Source of the DNA: Williopsis jadinii
Lineage: Eukaryota
Reading direction: 5' to 3'
Assembly: GCA_024346625.1 (NCBI GenBank)
Contig: AP024665.1
Coordinates: forward strand, 2,232,001-2,296,000
DNA length: 64,000 nt
Position 1 is the first letter of the stretch, and each line of letters starts with the position of its first letter. Below the pieces are notes generated by a model that was not told the DNA's origin, did no database searches, and saw nothing but the letters and a program-made list of their open reading frames with translations. Made by a program: the position numbers and the translations under genes. This document shows, piece by piece, positions 32,501-43,123 of this stretch.

Positions 32501-33204
32501 ATTCGTCTATCATCGATTATACTGATGATGCGGACAACGAGAACAGTGAGGACGAGCTTGAGCATTCTGAATTTGGAGATGAGGTTGAACTTGATGCCCT
32601 GAACCACGATACTCTTGGAGATACTTCATCGCTTAGACCGTCTCCAAGTTTTTACACTGTGGATTCTGGGGTGCTTATGAGCAAATCCACAACCTTTTTC
32701 ATTTTGGATACAAACATGTGGTTGAAGCACTGTGGAAAGTTATACAAGTCATTGCGTAGTGGCATATTCAAACTCGCTGTACCACTTGTTGTTTTCCAGG
32801 AGCTGAGATCTTTAAGATGCTCACCAGATGCCACTGTTTCGGACTCTGCCACCCGTGCTGTGATCACTTTAAGACAGTTGGCAACAGATGGATTAGTTGT
32901 CCCATTAAAGATGGATGGCACTGAATCTCATTCCTTGAACGATGTTTCTGATTTCGAAAACAACTCCATGTGGGCTCATAAAATTGATCAAACGATTATT
33001 CAATCGGCAAAACTTATGGCCAACCGTCTACAATCAAGTGTTGTAGGCAGTACACCAGACGGGAACTCCATCTGTCTTACAATTGTTGTCTCTGAAGATA
33101 GAGGGATGAGATTACAAGCGAGAGTGGAGAATGTTCCTGCATTCCAAGGGAAATGGTTCTTCCAAGTTGTTCAAAAGCTATCTGAAGGTAAATGTTGTGA
33201 TTGA
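29536..33204 (+). CDS. ESL1: Est1/SMG5-6-like protein with C-terminal PIN domain (Esl1/Esl2 ortholog)
   Basis: VYRIPRRLWVYG, LGDLSRMAIALYPS, GKIYYHIATVQ; PIN domain FILDTNMWLKH..VFQELRSLR..ATRAV..VVSED. Sits between PCC1 and MCM10, matching the S. cerevisiae ESL1/ESL2 neighbourhoods. Confidence 0.88.
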   Translation: MVDPNHQVPFPGAPAAGSRAIGMMPSTQESTSGSTNQQKRQHSSSYNIPVATKRSVTQPSMVSSAQFSQETQPTMIAPQMANMSSSQQAAFLLQQQQQQQLHAVAPSNGVQFEQQMLSQVPQFKPQFTMSVSPGPQFKQQPMPPQSFQQQQLQQQQLQQQQLQQQQPQQQQLQQQQLQHQHQHQHQQQHQQQQSLKAKKFSQTFVNSTYQKMSQTPDLMKYDSSSFVNEDRTDVNDYDSNSVAYTQPTVLATPQLNYSQPAMSRLIQQQQQQQAQTNQPAQRQLHNQIGLTSQQSARPVSTVILTKDVLNAESPGSTISDAPNIVPPQSVEQQQGQQQSKLSQEEQSLIAKLQDTYKVIIRLENTLQQRCSTLNVPQKLDMMNELWDVYNINIQLLNSYYDFLLYSMGSGKSGKQIVQVYRIPRRLWVYGVVTFLDVIKNVVSIFIEHDICSSFIGYAFNILSGLTELEMDGWMYEKLGDLSRMAIALYPSRYIDWKISSEYWYTQAMKNQYGYGKIYYHIATVQQDSLDALVNIGKSVFCRDTFVPTPQYMRMVIDNINQRSYIDLPVLDFTKVYKLLLTGEINDMFELNKLITYYTQNLGVDNNNVDFFKRVPGTISEVITSPNYSPDNDFEGKFQFWLQRSSSFALANISLMVGFGVPMNPFARLFGLLEALKERKEKKEKKEKSKSTNGDATNGGVLPHIEATEPVQNDNIKELSIQEWFSTHGALDKVVVKLTMKMFDTYLRGPIIAAMPHVITFLYFIVAVGEATKSKPNSRLFFETIINMLLPTNSLINYLNDVLTFVRSKPEYLSILAQHQARDPEFLKGGFLKYYSDNETLIEVWRCWGTLWFDVISLKEEYNSPRESGISKGDLLDVPIGGARYDPKMNPDRFIRIVLLATYISDNFNFGIKRGSNYIFYNSVDTIMERDSFSPEENAYLKSTYMELAQQAKALGLIENPFTDNAGVKSTRMDPLSWIQGSGDKNTLHNSSIIDYTDDADNENSEDELEHSEFGDEVELDALNHDTLGDTSSLRPSPSFYTVDSGVLMSKSTTFFILDTNMWLKHCGKLYKSLRSGIFKLAVPLVVFQELRSLRCSPDATVSDSATRAVITLRQLATDGLVVPLKMDGTESHSLNDVSDFENNSMWAHKIDQTIIQSAKLMANRLQSSVVGSTPDGNSICLTIVVSEDRGMRLQARVENVPAFQGKWFFQVVQKLSEGKCCD
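29977..30113 (+). repeat. Coding polyQ tract: (QQQQL)n 15-bp units followed by (QH)n
   Basis: Repeated cagcaacagcaacta units, then cagcat repeats. Confidence 0.9.
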
Positions 33205-33313
33205 TTACTACAAGGCTTAGAAACCATCTCCACAGCCCATTGTGTTTATGAATTATAAGGATACAATCTAATGCATTTTTTTCTCTCTGAGTTTTTAACG
33301 TATCAAACAACAA

Positions 33314-35215
33314 CTACCTCGTTGTATTTGGTTTCTTTGTTGGTGGATGATAACCATCCGAGTCTGAATCCGATTCTGAGTCGTCTAGTGTTATCATCCT
33401 TGTTGATGCGCTTTCATTAGTTGACGTCTCAGCTGATGGTGAAGGAGTATGCTCTTTCATCTTCTCCAACATTTTATCCGTTTCATGCTTCATCTTACGA
33501 CGTCTAGCAACCTCTTCTTTCCATAAAGAAAAGTTAGCCTTCTTATTCTTTGTAATGTCCCTGAGTTCATCAAGTGTGCTCGTGGCTTGTGCCCTTTGAT
33601 CATCGTCTATCTTTGAGAGTAAGCCTTTCGATGCACCTTTTGCAGTTGGATCAAATCCCAACTTGGATAGCCCTTTCCCACCATACGCATACTTTAGCAG
33701 TGCCTTCTTCTCTTCCAGTGACGTTTCACTATCTTCTGGTTCGCCGTGAATTGAATGGTATTTCTTCAAGTTCTTTCCACCTTCAAGTGATTCCTTGAGC
33801 TTCTGCTGAAGATCAATGTCCTTCCTCAAACTTCTATACTTTTCCTGACGTATCTGTTTCCTCTTTATGTCGCCAAAGTCCGATATTTCACTGTTGAAGA
33901 ACTTTTCATGTTTGTTCGTACTGCTGAAGAACTTCTTCGCCTTCTCCACGTGCGTTGGACCCTGCTGTTGCTGATTGGCATCAAACACTTTGACGATCTT
34001 GTTGTTTGAAACCATCATGTGCTGTTTTCTTCCACCCTTTGAGGGTGAACGCTGTCCAACAGTGGTTTGAAACTCCATTCTTTTTCCAGCTGTTCTTCGC
34101 AGTCTAAGTTCCTCATGGTAAAGGCAGCTGCTCTGCAAGGATTTGTTAATGGGAGTCCCACATACAGTTCCATCTCTCCTTAGCGCAGGACAGAAGCCAA
34201 AATCTCTTGATTTACCAATCTCCAGCACACTGTCACCCGTATGCCTGATTGAGAGGCCAAATGTCTTCACCCCATTGGCAGTATAATCAGATTTGATGTA
34301 AATATCAGGATTCAAAATGGCAATAACATCACCAATCCTCAACCTGTCGTACTTCTCCACTGTAGTATTAAAGAATGATACGCTAATGCTCAGATTGAAG
34401 TCGGTCAGGGTAATCGTCATGAACCGTCCTCGTCCATTGCTAGTAACTTTTGGTCTACCCTTTTCACTTATTATGCCAATGACGAGCCAGTTTGGATATT
34501 TGGGCTCTTCAAAATCTGGAGGGCTCACTTTTGCGTAGAGCTTTGGTAATCTCATAACCTTCTTGTCTTTGAAGAATTCGGTAAGTTGCTGTTGATCAAC
34601 ATATCTTCGCTTAATCAATTGGCCTGAGAAGTACTCCTTCTCATCAACATCGACCGGCTGGCTATCCATGATACTGTCAAATGTATAAATCCTTGATTTG
34701 AACATGGTCTTCTTCTGCTCTCTATTGTCGATCTCCTTCTTACGTGTTTCTTCCAGCTTTTGTAAGAAGTACGGCACTGAAGGCTTCCTCTCTTCATTGC
34801 TGTCATCCAATGTTGATCGCTCACTTTGTAACGCGTCCGTCAAGTTCCTTGACACGTTCTTAACCTCATTGCCGTTCTCTCGCGATGGTGATGGTAGAGG
34901 TTGTGCTTCTACTCTCTTCGGCGAGGGAGTTTTTTCTATTTGCACAGTACTTTTCAGCTTGTTAGCTTGCTTACGACGTTTGAGTTCTTCTAACCTCCTC
35001 CTCAGATCCTCTTGCTTTCTTGTAGTCTCGAGGAGTTGCCTCTCTAATTCCTTCACTAACGCTATATCGGGAGGTTAGTACAAAATCTCAAGCAATGGTG
35101 ATCAAGGGAACTCACATTCATCGGGTTCTTCCACATTTTCTTCATCCTCTTCATCCGTGAGCCTCTCCAGCTCGCTGTCCTGTTCGTCTGTAACCTCTCT
35201 AGGGTCTTTATCCAT
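33314..35215 (-). CDS. MCM10: Replication factor Mcm10; 2 exons: 35215-35116 and 35061-33314
   Basis: KLYAKVSPPDFEEPKYPNWLVIGII OB fold, GDVIAILNP, and the CCCH finger GFCPALRRDGTVC...CLYH. Intron 35115-35062 (GTGAGT..TACTAAC..TAG). Confidence 0.93.
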
Positions 35216-35455
35216 TGCGCTCCCGAAATGTGCTACAAGGTATATGGTGTTTTGGTAGTGCGAAGACTTCTCAAACAAGCCACCAATGACACACGATTGC
35301 TACACGCTACAGACAACATCTTTACAGAAAACAAAATATGATTAGAATTCTATCTATTCAAACGGCCTAGAATGATGTATCGATATTTATACACGAAGAT
35401 AATCAAGCCAGTTTGAACAGCAATAGCATAATAGAAAACTTGTGGGCGAAATTAA

Positions 35456-36268
<813 letters not shown>

Positions 36269-36540
36269 TGCGACTAAACCGATGTTCTTCTTAGAAAAGT
36301 TATGGAAAGAAGTGTTGATACCTTTGGTTTTTCACTTTTGTTTTCAGAGTCCCGCGCGCGTTACAAAAACTTTGTCACAGTGAGTTTGCCGTTGTGTGTC
36401 CCGTATCGCTCCTGGTTGGGGACACACTCCACCATAGTAAAAATCGCAAACACAGCGTGGGTTGTTTTCCTGCTTTCGGTTCGGGCAGCAGCCTGGGTGG
36501 TGTTCAGGTGTGCAGGTCCCATTTTCCTTTGTGCGCAAAC

Positions 36541-36585
36541 CAGTCACGCCCTAGGTGACACTCACGTGCACAGTGGAACTAGGGC
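36541..36585. promoter_or_regulatory. Ribosomal-protein promoter module: inverted Tbf1-like sites flanking a Cbf1 site
   Basis: GCCCTAG (36548-54), TCACGTG (36562-68), CTAGGGC (36579-85), plus Homol-D-like CAGTCAC at 36541; about 290 bp upstream of RPL40. Confidence 0.6.
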
Positions 36586-36819
36586 TCTGTCTTCTCGCAG
36601 AGGCCATAGACTATTACCCTACCGATCACGTCTCGAGGGAAAGCCGCCCATCAAAAGAGAAAAACTCATCCAGAAGGGGATTAAAATGTAAACATTGGGC
36701 AAGCTTCTTTGTTTATAGCTCAATCTCTCTGTAATATCAAAGGTTTTGTTTCGGTACTAGGTCTATTTTCAGCTGTTCTGTGGTTCGTTGTGCTTGAAAC
36801 ATCTGAAGGGTTGCTAAGT

Positions 36820-39800
36820 ATGGAGAAGGAAGAACGTGAAGGTCCACTCCCGGTGGATACTACTGCTGGTTCACCTTCCGCTGAAGTCGTTGAAGAATCA
36901 CAGGGAATTGATAGCAAAGGTGATGAAGAGGACGTTGATGGTGGCATTCACATCGATGACTTGCCTACTGCCGAGCCGATTGTCGAGAGTCCCGAGGAAC
37001 CAGCTGGCGTGGCAGAAGACGATGATGACGCCCCATTGGAGGTCCACGAGTTTAGTACGGGAGAAACGATCAATTTAGACGACATTGCTTCTTTTCTAGA
37101 CGTTGCAGTTGATTCTTTGGAGTCCATTGATGTGCTTCTGTTGCAAAAGTTGTCCTTGAAATCCACAGAGTTTGCTAATCTCCAGTCTGATAAGCTAGTA
37201 CTCGAGGTCAACTTGGAACAGGCCAGTCATCTCAATAACAAGAAAGTTGATATGTTTAAAAATCAATTGACCAAGACGAAGGCCCAGAATAAAGAATTGA
37301 CCGAAAGAAACTCATTGTTAGAATCTACAAACCAAGAGCTGTACGATAAAGTCTCGAATTCAGAGGCAAACGTTCGTGCAACTTCCTCATTGACCGATCA
37401 GTTGAAGGCTAAAGTTGAAGAATTGACTACAGACCAAAGACGCAACTTGGAAATCATAGAGAAGAAGAACAAGGAAATCGATTCAATTAGAAGCCAATAC
37501 AATGGCTTACAAGATTCAAATAGTGATCTTAGAAAAAAACTTATTGAAGTTGAAACGTCCTCGCAATCTGTGTTGTCTAATTTTAACCATGGAAAGGTTA
37601 AGATCCAATCCTTGGAGAATCAATTGGAACTTGTTAACAAGAACTATGAATGGTCAAATAACGAATTGCAGAGGATTACACAGGAATTCTCGTCCTATAG
37701 AAAGGACAAGTCCATAGAGATCACTAAACTACAATCGGAGTCAGATAAGGCACAGACTGATCTTAGTGGGTTAACCTTGAGGTACAACAACTTGAATACC
37801 AGATATGATGAGCTGAGAAAGAAATTAGACGATTCGCTAGTTCAGGTGAAGACTCTTTCAGATGCAAAGACAATCAACGAGGAAGAGTTCTTAAAGGAAA
37901 TGTCCGTAAAGGATCGTCTGGTAAATCTGTTACAAAAGGCTAATGAAGATTCAAAGACTAAAATTGAACACTTGGAGAGTCGCTTACATCTTTCGAGATC
38001 CGACGTTGCTGGTGAATCTGCTGTGCTGCAGACAACAATTGATAGTTATAAACAGAAGTTGGCCGAGAGCGAACAGAAGATTGACCAATTGGAGAAGACC
38101 ATCGATGAGTTGTCAAAGGTTTCTTCGTCACTCGATTCAAATTCGTCTGTGGCATCGATTCCAGCCCTATCACCATCTGCACATGCTACTTCCAAATCTG
38201 CTGGTTTATCACTTTCCCAACTCTACGCTGATTTCACTTTAGTCAAAAGACAATTGATACAAGAACGTCGTGCGAAGGAACGTATGCAACAACAGATGGA
38301 CGATTTTGTCCTTGAATTAGAACAGAAGGCACCAATCATCACTGCAACCAGAGAAAGAGCCTCCCTCTTAGAGAATGAATTGACGGAACTTTCTGTCATC
38401 TTGGAGAACACGAGTAAAGAAAAGGATGCATTGCAAAAGAATGAAAAAGATTTGAGAAACTCTTTGAAAGAATCCCAGGTGCATATCAACGTATTGAACA
38501 AACAAAGAATTGATTTGGCTCGTCAAGTCCAGCAGTTGCTCATCCAAGTAACAATCAGAAACGATTCTGGTGGTCCACTGACCCCTGCTGAACAAGATGC
38601 TATTGAACGTATTTCTAAAGGTGAAAAGGTCATAAACGATACTGACACCGATAAACTAATCTCACAAAGACTGGTAACTTTCAAGAATGTTGTGGAATTG
38701 CAAACGAAGAACGAGGAGCTGTTGCGTATCATTAGAGAACTAGGCTCGAAATTGGAACAGGAAGAACAAACCTCAAAGTCTAAACTGGAGAACTTGGAAA
38801 GTGTGGCAATTAACGAGGCAAAGGAGGCAATCTTAACTCTACAAGACGAGATTGGATCACTTGATGCTAAGTTGAATGCTGTTACAAGAGAAAGGGATAT
38901 CTTCAGATCGTTGCTTTCAAATAAGAGCACATCAAACAACATCTTGGGTAGTGATTTGACTGGTGCAAATGACGAACAAGTTGCTGAGTTGACCAAGAAG
39001 TACCAGGAATTAGAAAAGGAGCTTAAGCATACAACTGATCAACTCAATACCGTAAAGATTGAAAGTGAAGCAATGGTTAACATGTTGAATAAGCAAATTG
39101 CGTCGCTTTCCGAAAAGAGATCAAGCCTTGCTGTTGAATTGGCTCGTGAGAAATCATCTAATACGCTTGTTGAAGAGAGGTATAAATCCCTGCAAGAGAA
39201 CTTCAATTATGCGAAATCCGAAATTGAAGAGCTACGCCGTACATCTCAATTCCTTCAGGATAATTTGGCAAAGCAAGATTTAAGAACTCAAAATGTTGCA
39301 GAAGAACTTGTTCAAGCTAAATACTCTGTTGAATCTCTTCGTTCTGAAACATCCAATTTGAAAGCGGAGAAACAGCTGTGGAAGAATGTTGAGAAGCGTC
39401 TCTCCGATGAAAATGCAAGCTTGATTGAAGAAAAGACCAAGCTTAACTCACTACTCATCAGTCTTCAGTCAATTGATAAGGAGCGTGAAGCAACCTCTGC
39501 CGAATCTCAAAAGCGTCTCGTGGTTCAAAGCGAATCATTAGAACGTGAACTCAGAGACGTGCGCTCTAAATTAACGGAAACTTCGGCTGAATTGAAGGAC
39601 ACATTGACCCGTAAAGAAGCTGATGGTCAAGCTTACCAGGAACGTATTGATTCATTGAGAACACAAATCAGCTCCACTAAGGAGGAACTCATTACTAAAT
39701 CTGCTTCTGTTGAACAGCTGAACCACAAGGTGAACACTCTATCAGTGAAATTGGCAGCTGCCGAAGCTCATTTGAAGGAGTATCAGTCACTCACAGAAGG

Positions 39801-42213
39801 ATCGTCCAGTACTGAATCGGAAGCTTTGAAATTGAGAATAGAGCTTGATGAAACAAAAGCGGAGTTAGATGCTGCTCTAACGTCCATTGAGGAATTCAAG
39901 AATATTGCCAACGCATCTGAGGAAGCCCTCAAGAACATGAACATTAGCTTTGATGGTTATAAGGAGAGCATGACTTCAGAGACTAATAAACTTAAAAAGG
40001 AGAATGATGATTTGAATGAACGAGCAATATTGTTGAATGAGCAAATCGAAACATTGAATACTGAACTCTCGTCTCAGAAGTCATCTTTGCAAAAGGAGAT
40101 CGAGGATGCTCAAAAGGAGGTTGAATTACTGCGTTTGCAAGTTACTGAAAGTGACAAACTGAAGAGCGACTATGACGCCAAGGTTGCGTTAATTGATAGT
40201 TCTTATCAACAACAAGTCGACCTTGCTAACCAAGCACAACAGAACTATCTGAAGGAACTACAGAAACACGCCGAGGCTTCTAAAGCCTTCTCCGCTTTGA
40301 GGGAAGAAACCAATGCTTTTAAACAGCAAATCTCTGAACTCTCATCTGAGCTCAAGCAGGCACAGGAACATCTAAGTAAGTCAGAGGAAAGTTGGGAAAC
40401 TCAGAAATCTCAACTGGAAGAAGAATTGAAAATTTCAACTGCCAGAGCACAGGACCTGGCTTCGCAGAATCATATTCTCTTTAACGAAATTGAAAAGTTG
40501 ACAAAGAGAAAAGATTCGGGTGCTGTTTCTGAGTCCGGCGTTGAAGGTGCCACTGAAGAACTGAGAGAACTAGTAAACTTGTTGCGCCATGAGAAGGAAA
40601 TTTCTGATATGCAACTTGATGTTTCAACAAGAGATCTGAAACGTGTTCGTCAGCAGTTGGAATTAGTAACCGCAGAATTGGATAAATCGAGACTTGAACT
40701 GGTGAACTACCAATCGCGCCAAACCGATTTGAACCGACTCTCAAGTGAACATCAAAAGCTTCTTGATGAGATCCAACAGTTGAACCTTTTACGCGAAAGT
40801 AACACAACTTTGAGAAACGAACTCCACAGCAAGATGGATCGCGTGAAGGAACTGGAGGATAAACTGACTGAATGTGAGAGTAAGTTGCAGCCTCTAGAGG
40901 GAAATTTGAGCCAACTTCAAACAGATATCAAACACAAAGAACAAGAGGTTAAACTTGTGACTGAAGAGAGAGATCGTTGGAGACAAAAATCCATGGATAT
41001 TATTAACAAGTATGATCGTATTGATCCTGAGGAGTATGGTAAACTCAAAGAAAGTGTTCAAACTTTGGAAAAAGAAAAGGAGCAAATTCAGAAAGCACTT
41101 GAAGAGAGTACAAATACCGTTAATGAGTTGACGCCTAAATTTGATCGTGTGAGAAAAGAGGCTGTTGAAAAGTTGAAAAAGAAGGATGTTGAGATCAAAA
41201 CTGCTCATGAACAGGTCACTGCTGCCCAACAACAACTTGAAAATCTCAAAACACAGACTCATAAGGAAATTGAAGCTTTAAAAACCAAGGTGAAGGAACT
41301 GGAGAGCAAGGCTCAACATGCGGCTTCAAACGACCAAGGTGATTTAAAGAAAGAACTCGAATCTGTTAAAGCTGAATTAGCTAAGAAAGCCAGTGCAGTA
41401 TCCAGGGTCCAAGAGCTTGAGTCCTCCCTAAAGTCAGCTGATGAAGTGAAACGTGTATTGGAATCCCAAGTTTCTGAGTTGGAGTCTCAAGTGACACTGT
41501 TAAAGAAAACTTCAAAGGTTACACCTGATACATCTAAGTTGGAGGAGACTGCTGAAAAGTTACAAAATGATATATCTGACCTTCAATCTAAGAAGGCTGA
41601 TCTTGAATCCGCTATCTCTAAGGAAAGTGCCGTTGTTACGACAATTGATGAAAAATCTCTGGAAGAAGCATTAAAGAAACAGGAAGAGGAGCTTAAGGCA
41701 AAATTCGAAGTGGAGACCAAGGCCAGAGTTGAAAAGGCTCTTGAAAACTTGAAAGCTAGAATTCGTGCTCCATCGGAAGCTAAACTTCAGGAACTTGCTA
41801 AAAATAAGACCAAATCGTTGGAAGACGACTACAACAAGAGAGTACAACTATTGAAAACTGACTATGAAGCTAAGCTTGCCGCTAGTACTTCAGGATCCTC
41901 GGAAAATGCAAACGTTGTTTCTGATTACGAATCAAAGCTCGCTAATTTAAGAGAGGAGTTGAAGGCAAAGGAGGCCCAAGCTTTGGAAGAAGGTCGTAAG
42001 CTTGGTCGTGAGGCTACATTGAAGGAGACCAATATGCGTTCCAAGTTACTTCAAAACAAACTTGATAAGCTGTTGACTCAGAATAAAGATCTCAAGGCCA
42101 AACTCGAATCATCTGCATCTAACCCTGCTAAACCTGTCGAGATTGGTCAAAAACGCCCAGCTGAAGAGGGTGGTGATCAACCACAAGACAAGAAAAGTAA
42201 AAATAATTCATAA
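36820..42213 (+). CDS. MLP1: Nuclear basket coiled-coil protein Mlp1/Tpr
   Basis: About 1800-aa coiled coil with SLSQLYADF, LARQVQQLL, LVTFKNVVELQTKN, AQQNYLKELQKHA and LNLLRESNTTLRNE. First ATG at 36820. Confidence 0.92.
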   Translation: MEKEEREGPLPVDTTAGSPSAEVVEESQGIDSKGDEEDVDGGIHIDDLPTAEPIVESPEEPAGVAEDDDDAPLEVHEFSTGETINLDDIASFLDVAVDSLESIDVLLLQKLSLKSTEFANLQSDKLVLEVNLEQASHLNNKKVDMFKNQLTKTKAQNKELTERNSLLESTNQELYDKVSNSEANVRATSSLTDQLKAKVEELTTDQRRNLEIIEKKNKEIDSIRSQYNGLQDSNSDLRKKLIEVETSSQSVLSNFNHGKVKIQSLENQLELVNKNYEWSNNELQRITQEFSSYRKDKSIEITKLQSESDKAQTDLSGLTLRYNNLNTRYDELRKKLDDSLVQVKTLSDAKTINEEEFLKEMSVKDRLVNLLQKANEDSKTKIEHLESRLHLSRSDVAGESAVLQTTIDSYKQKLAESEQKIDQLEKTIDELSKVSSSLDSNSSVASIPALSPSAHATSKSAGLSLSQLYADFTLVKRQLIQERRAKERMQQQMDDFVLELEQKAPIITATRERASLLENELTELSVILENTSKEKDALQKNEKDLRNSLKESQVHINVLNKQRIDLARQVQQLLIQVTIRNDSGGPLTPAEQDAIERISKGEKVINDTDTDKLISQRLVTFKNVVELQTKNEELLRIIRELGSKLEQEEQTSKSKLENLESVAINEAKEAILTLQDEIGSLDAKLNAVTRERDIFRSLLSNKSTSNNILGSDLTGANDEQVAELTKKYQELEKELKHTTDQLNTVKIESEAMVNMLNKQIASLSEKRSSLAVELAREKSSNTLVEERYKSLQENFNYAKSEIEELRRTSQFLQDNLAKQDLRTQNVAEELVQAKYSVESLRSETSNLKAEKQLWKNVEKRLSDENASLIEEKTKLNSLLISLQSIDKEREATSAESQKRLVVQSESLERELRDVRSKLTETSAELKDTLTRKEADGQAYQERIDSLRTQISSTKEELITKSASVEQLNHKVNTLSVKLAAAEAHLKEYQSLTEGSSSTESEALKLRIELDETKAELDAALTSIEEFKNIANASEEALKNMNISFDGYKESMTSETNKLKKENDDLNERAILLNEQIETLNTELSSQKSSLQKEIEDAQKEVELLRLQVTESDKLKSDYDAKVALIDSSYQQQVDLANQAQQNYLKELQKHAEASKAFSALREETNAFKQQISELSSELKQAQEHLSKSEESWETQKSQLEEELKISTARAQDLASQNHILFNEIEKLTKRKDSGAVSESGVEGATEELRELVNLLRHEKEISDMQLDVSTRDLKRVRQQLELVTAELDKSRLELVNYQSRQTDLNRLSSEHQKLLDEIQQLNLLRESNTTLRNELHSKMDRVKELEDKLTECESKLQPLEGNLSQLQTDIKHKEQEVKLVTEERDRWRQKSMDIINKYDRIDPEEYGKLKESVQTLEKEKEQIQKALEESTNTVNELTPKFDRVRKEAVEKLKKKDVEIKTAHEQVTAAQQQLENLKTQTHKEIEALKTKVKELESKAQHAASNDQGDLKKELESVKAELAKKASAVSRVQELESSLKSADEVKRVLESQVSELESQVTLLKKTSKVTPDTSKLEETAEKLQNDISDLQSKKADLESAISKESAVVTTIDEKSLEEALKKQEEELKAKFEVETKARVEKALENLKARIRAPSEAKLQELAKNKTKSLEDDYNKRVQLLKTDYEAKLAASTSGSSENANVVSDYESKLANLREELKAKEAQALEEGRKLGREATLKETNMRSKLLQNKLDKLLTQNKDLKAKLESSASNPAKPVEIGQKRPAEEGGDQPQDKKSKNNS

Positions 42214-43123
42214 AGTTTATGGATTAATGTAACATGAATAATTGTTTTATCTACTGTTCGTATACCGTGTAGATTCGTAAGGCATTTGTAACTCTCACAC
42301 TCAACCCAAGCAGTTCCTGTGAATCCCATGCCTGGCCTCAACTGTGAGTCACATGACAACGCCATCATACTCAATGTTTCATATGTAGTCTCTGAGTGAT
42401 TTCCCACACATTTCTTTACTGTTAGTTTCCGGTATTATAGTTGCAGTCTTTCTACATCGGTATCAACTTGATGTTCGGATTAAAGTTGACACAATATGCT
42501 AGCTTCATCAGTCTGTACCTTTTTCAATTGAATGTTCGTATTCTCCTTAAATAGAGCTATGGTTCATTGTCAGTTACATATATAGTGAACCAAACTTGTT
42601 TCTATCCCACCATAATAATCTATATTCAGGTTGTTATAGGTTCGAAATTTTGGTTATTTCACATTTGCAACTTTTTATAGGAAATGGAACTTGACAGATA
42701 TAATTTCGGAAAATGAAATCATTATAGATAACTTAATTATTAAAGAAATCAAATAATAATAGTTTCTTTACAATCAAAACTGGTGAAAATAGGCATCAAC
42801 TATAACTGTAACATTTTACACTGGCTGTTAATAAGTGTTCGTCAGCCAAGGCGATGCAACGTATACACACATTAATGTTCCATAATGATGTTATTATCCA
42901 TCAAACTTGATCTCAATAATTCATACAAAACACACGGCGAAGGCATAAGATCATATCTCAACGGATAACTCCTTTGAGCATGAATTGGGCTCTCTGAGAC
43001 ATATCCATGTATTGTAAGCTTCATGGGTTAGGAAATCAGTCGTTAAATCATTGCAATTACGAAAAAAAAAACATCTCATTAGTTTTGGATATCATTAAAA
43101 ATGTTATACCCTGCTTCATGTCA

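Noticed and set aside
42348..42721. Canonical point centromere (CDEI-CDEII-CDEIII)
   Set aside because: The CDEIII-like motif is on the minus strand and needs a CDEI at higher coordinates, but the only RTCACRTG lies on the wrong side, about 350 bp away.
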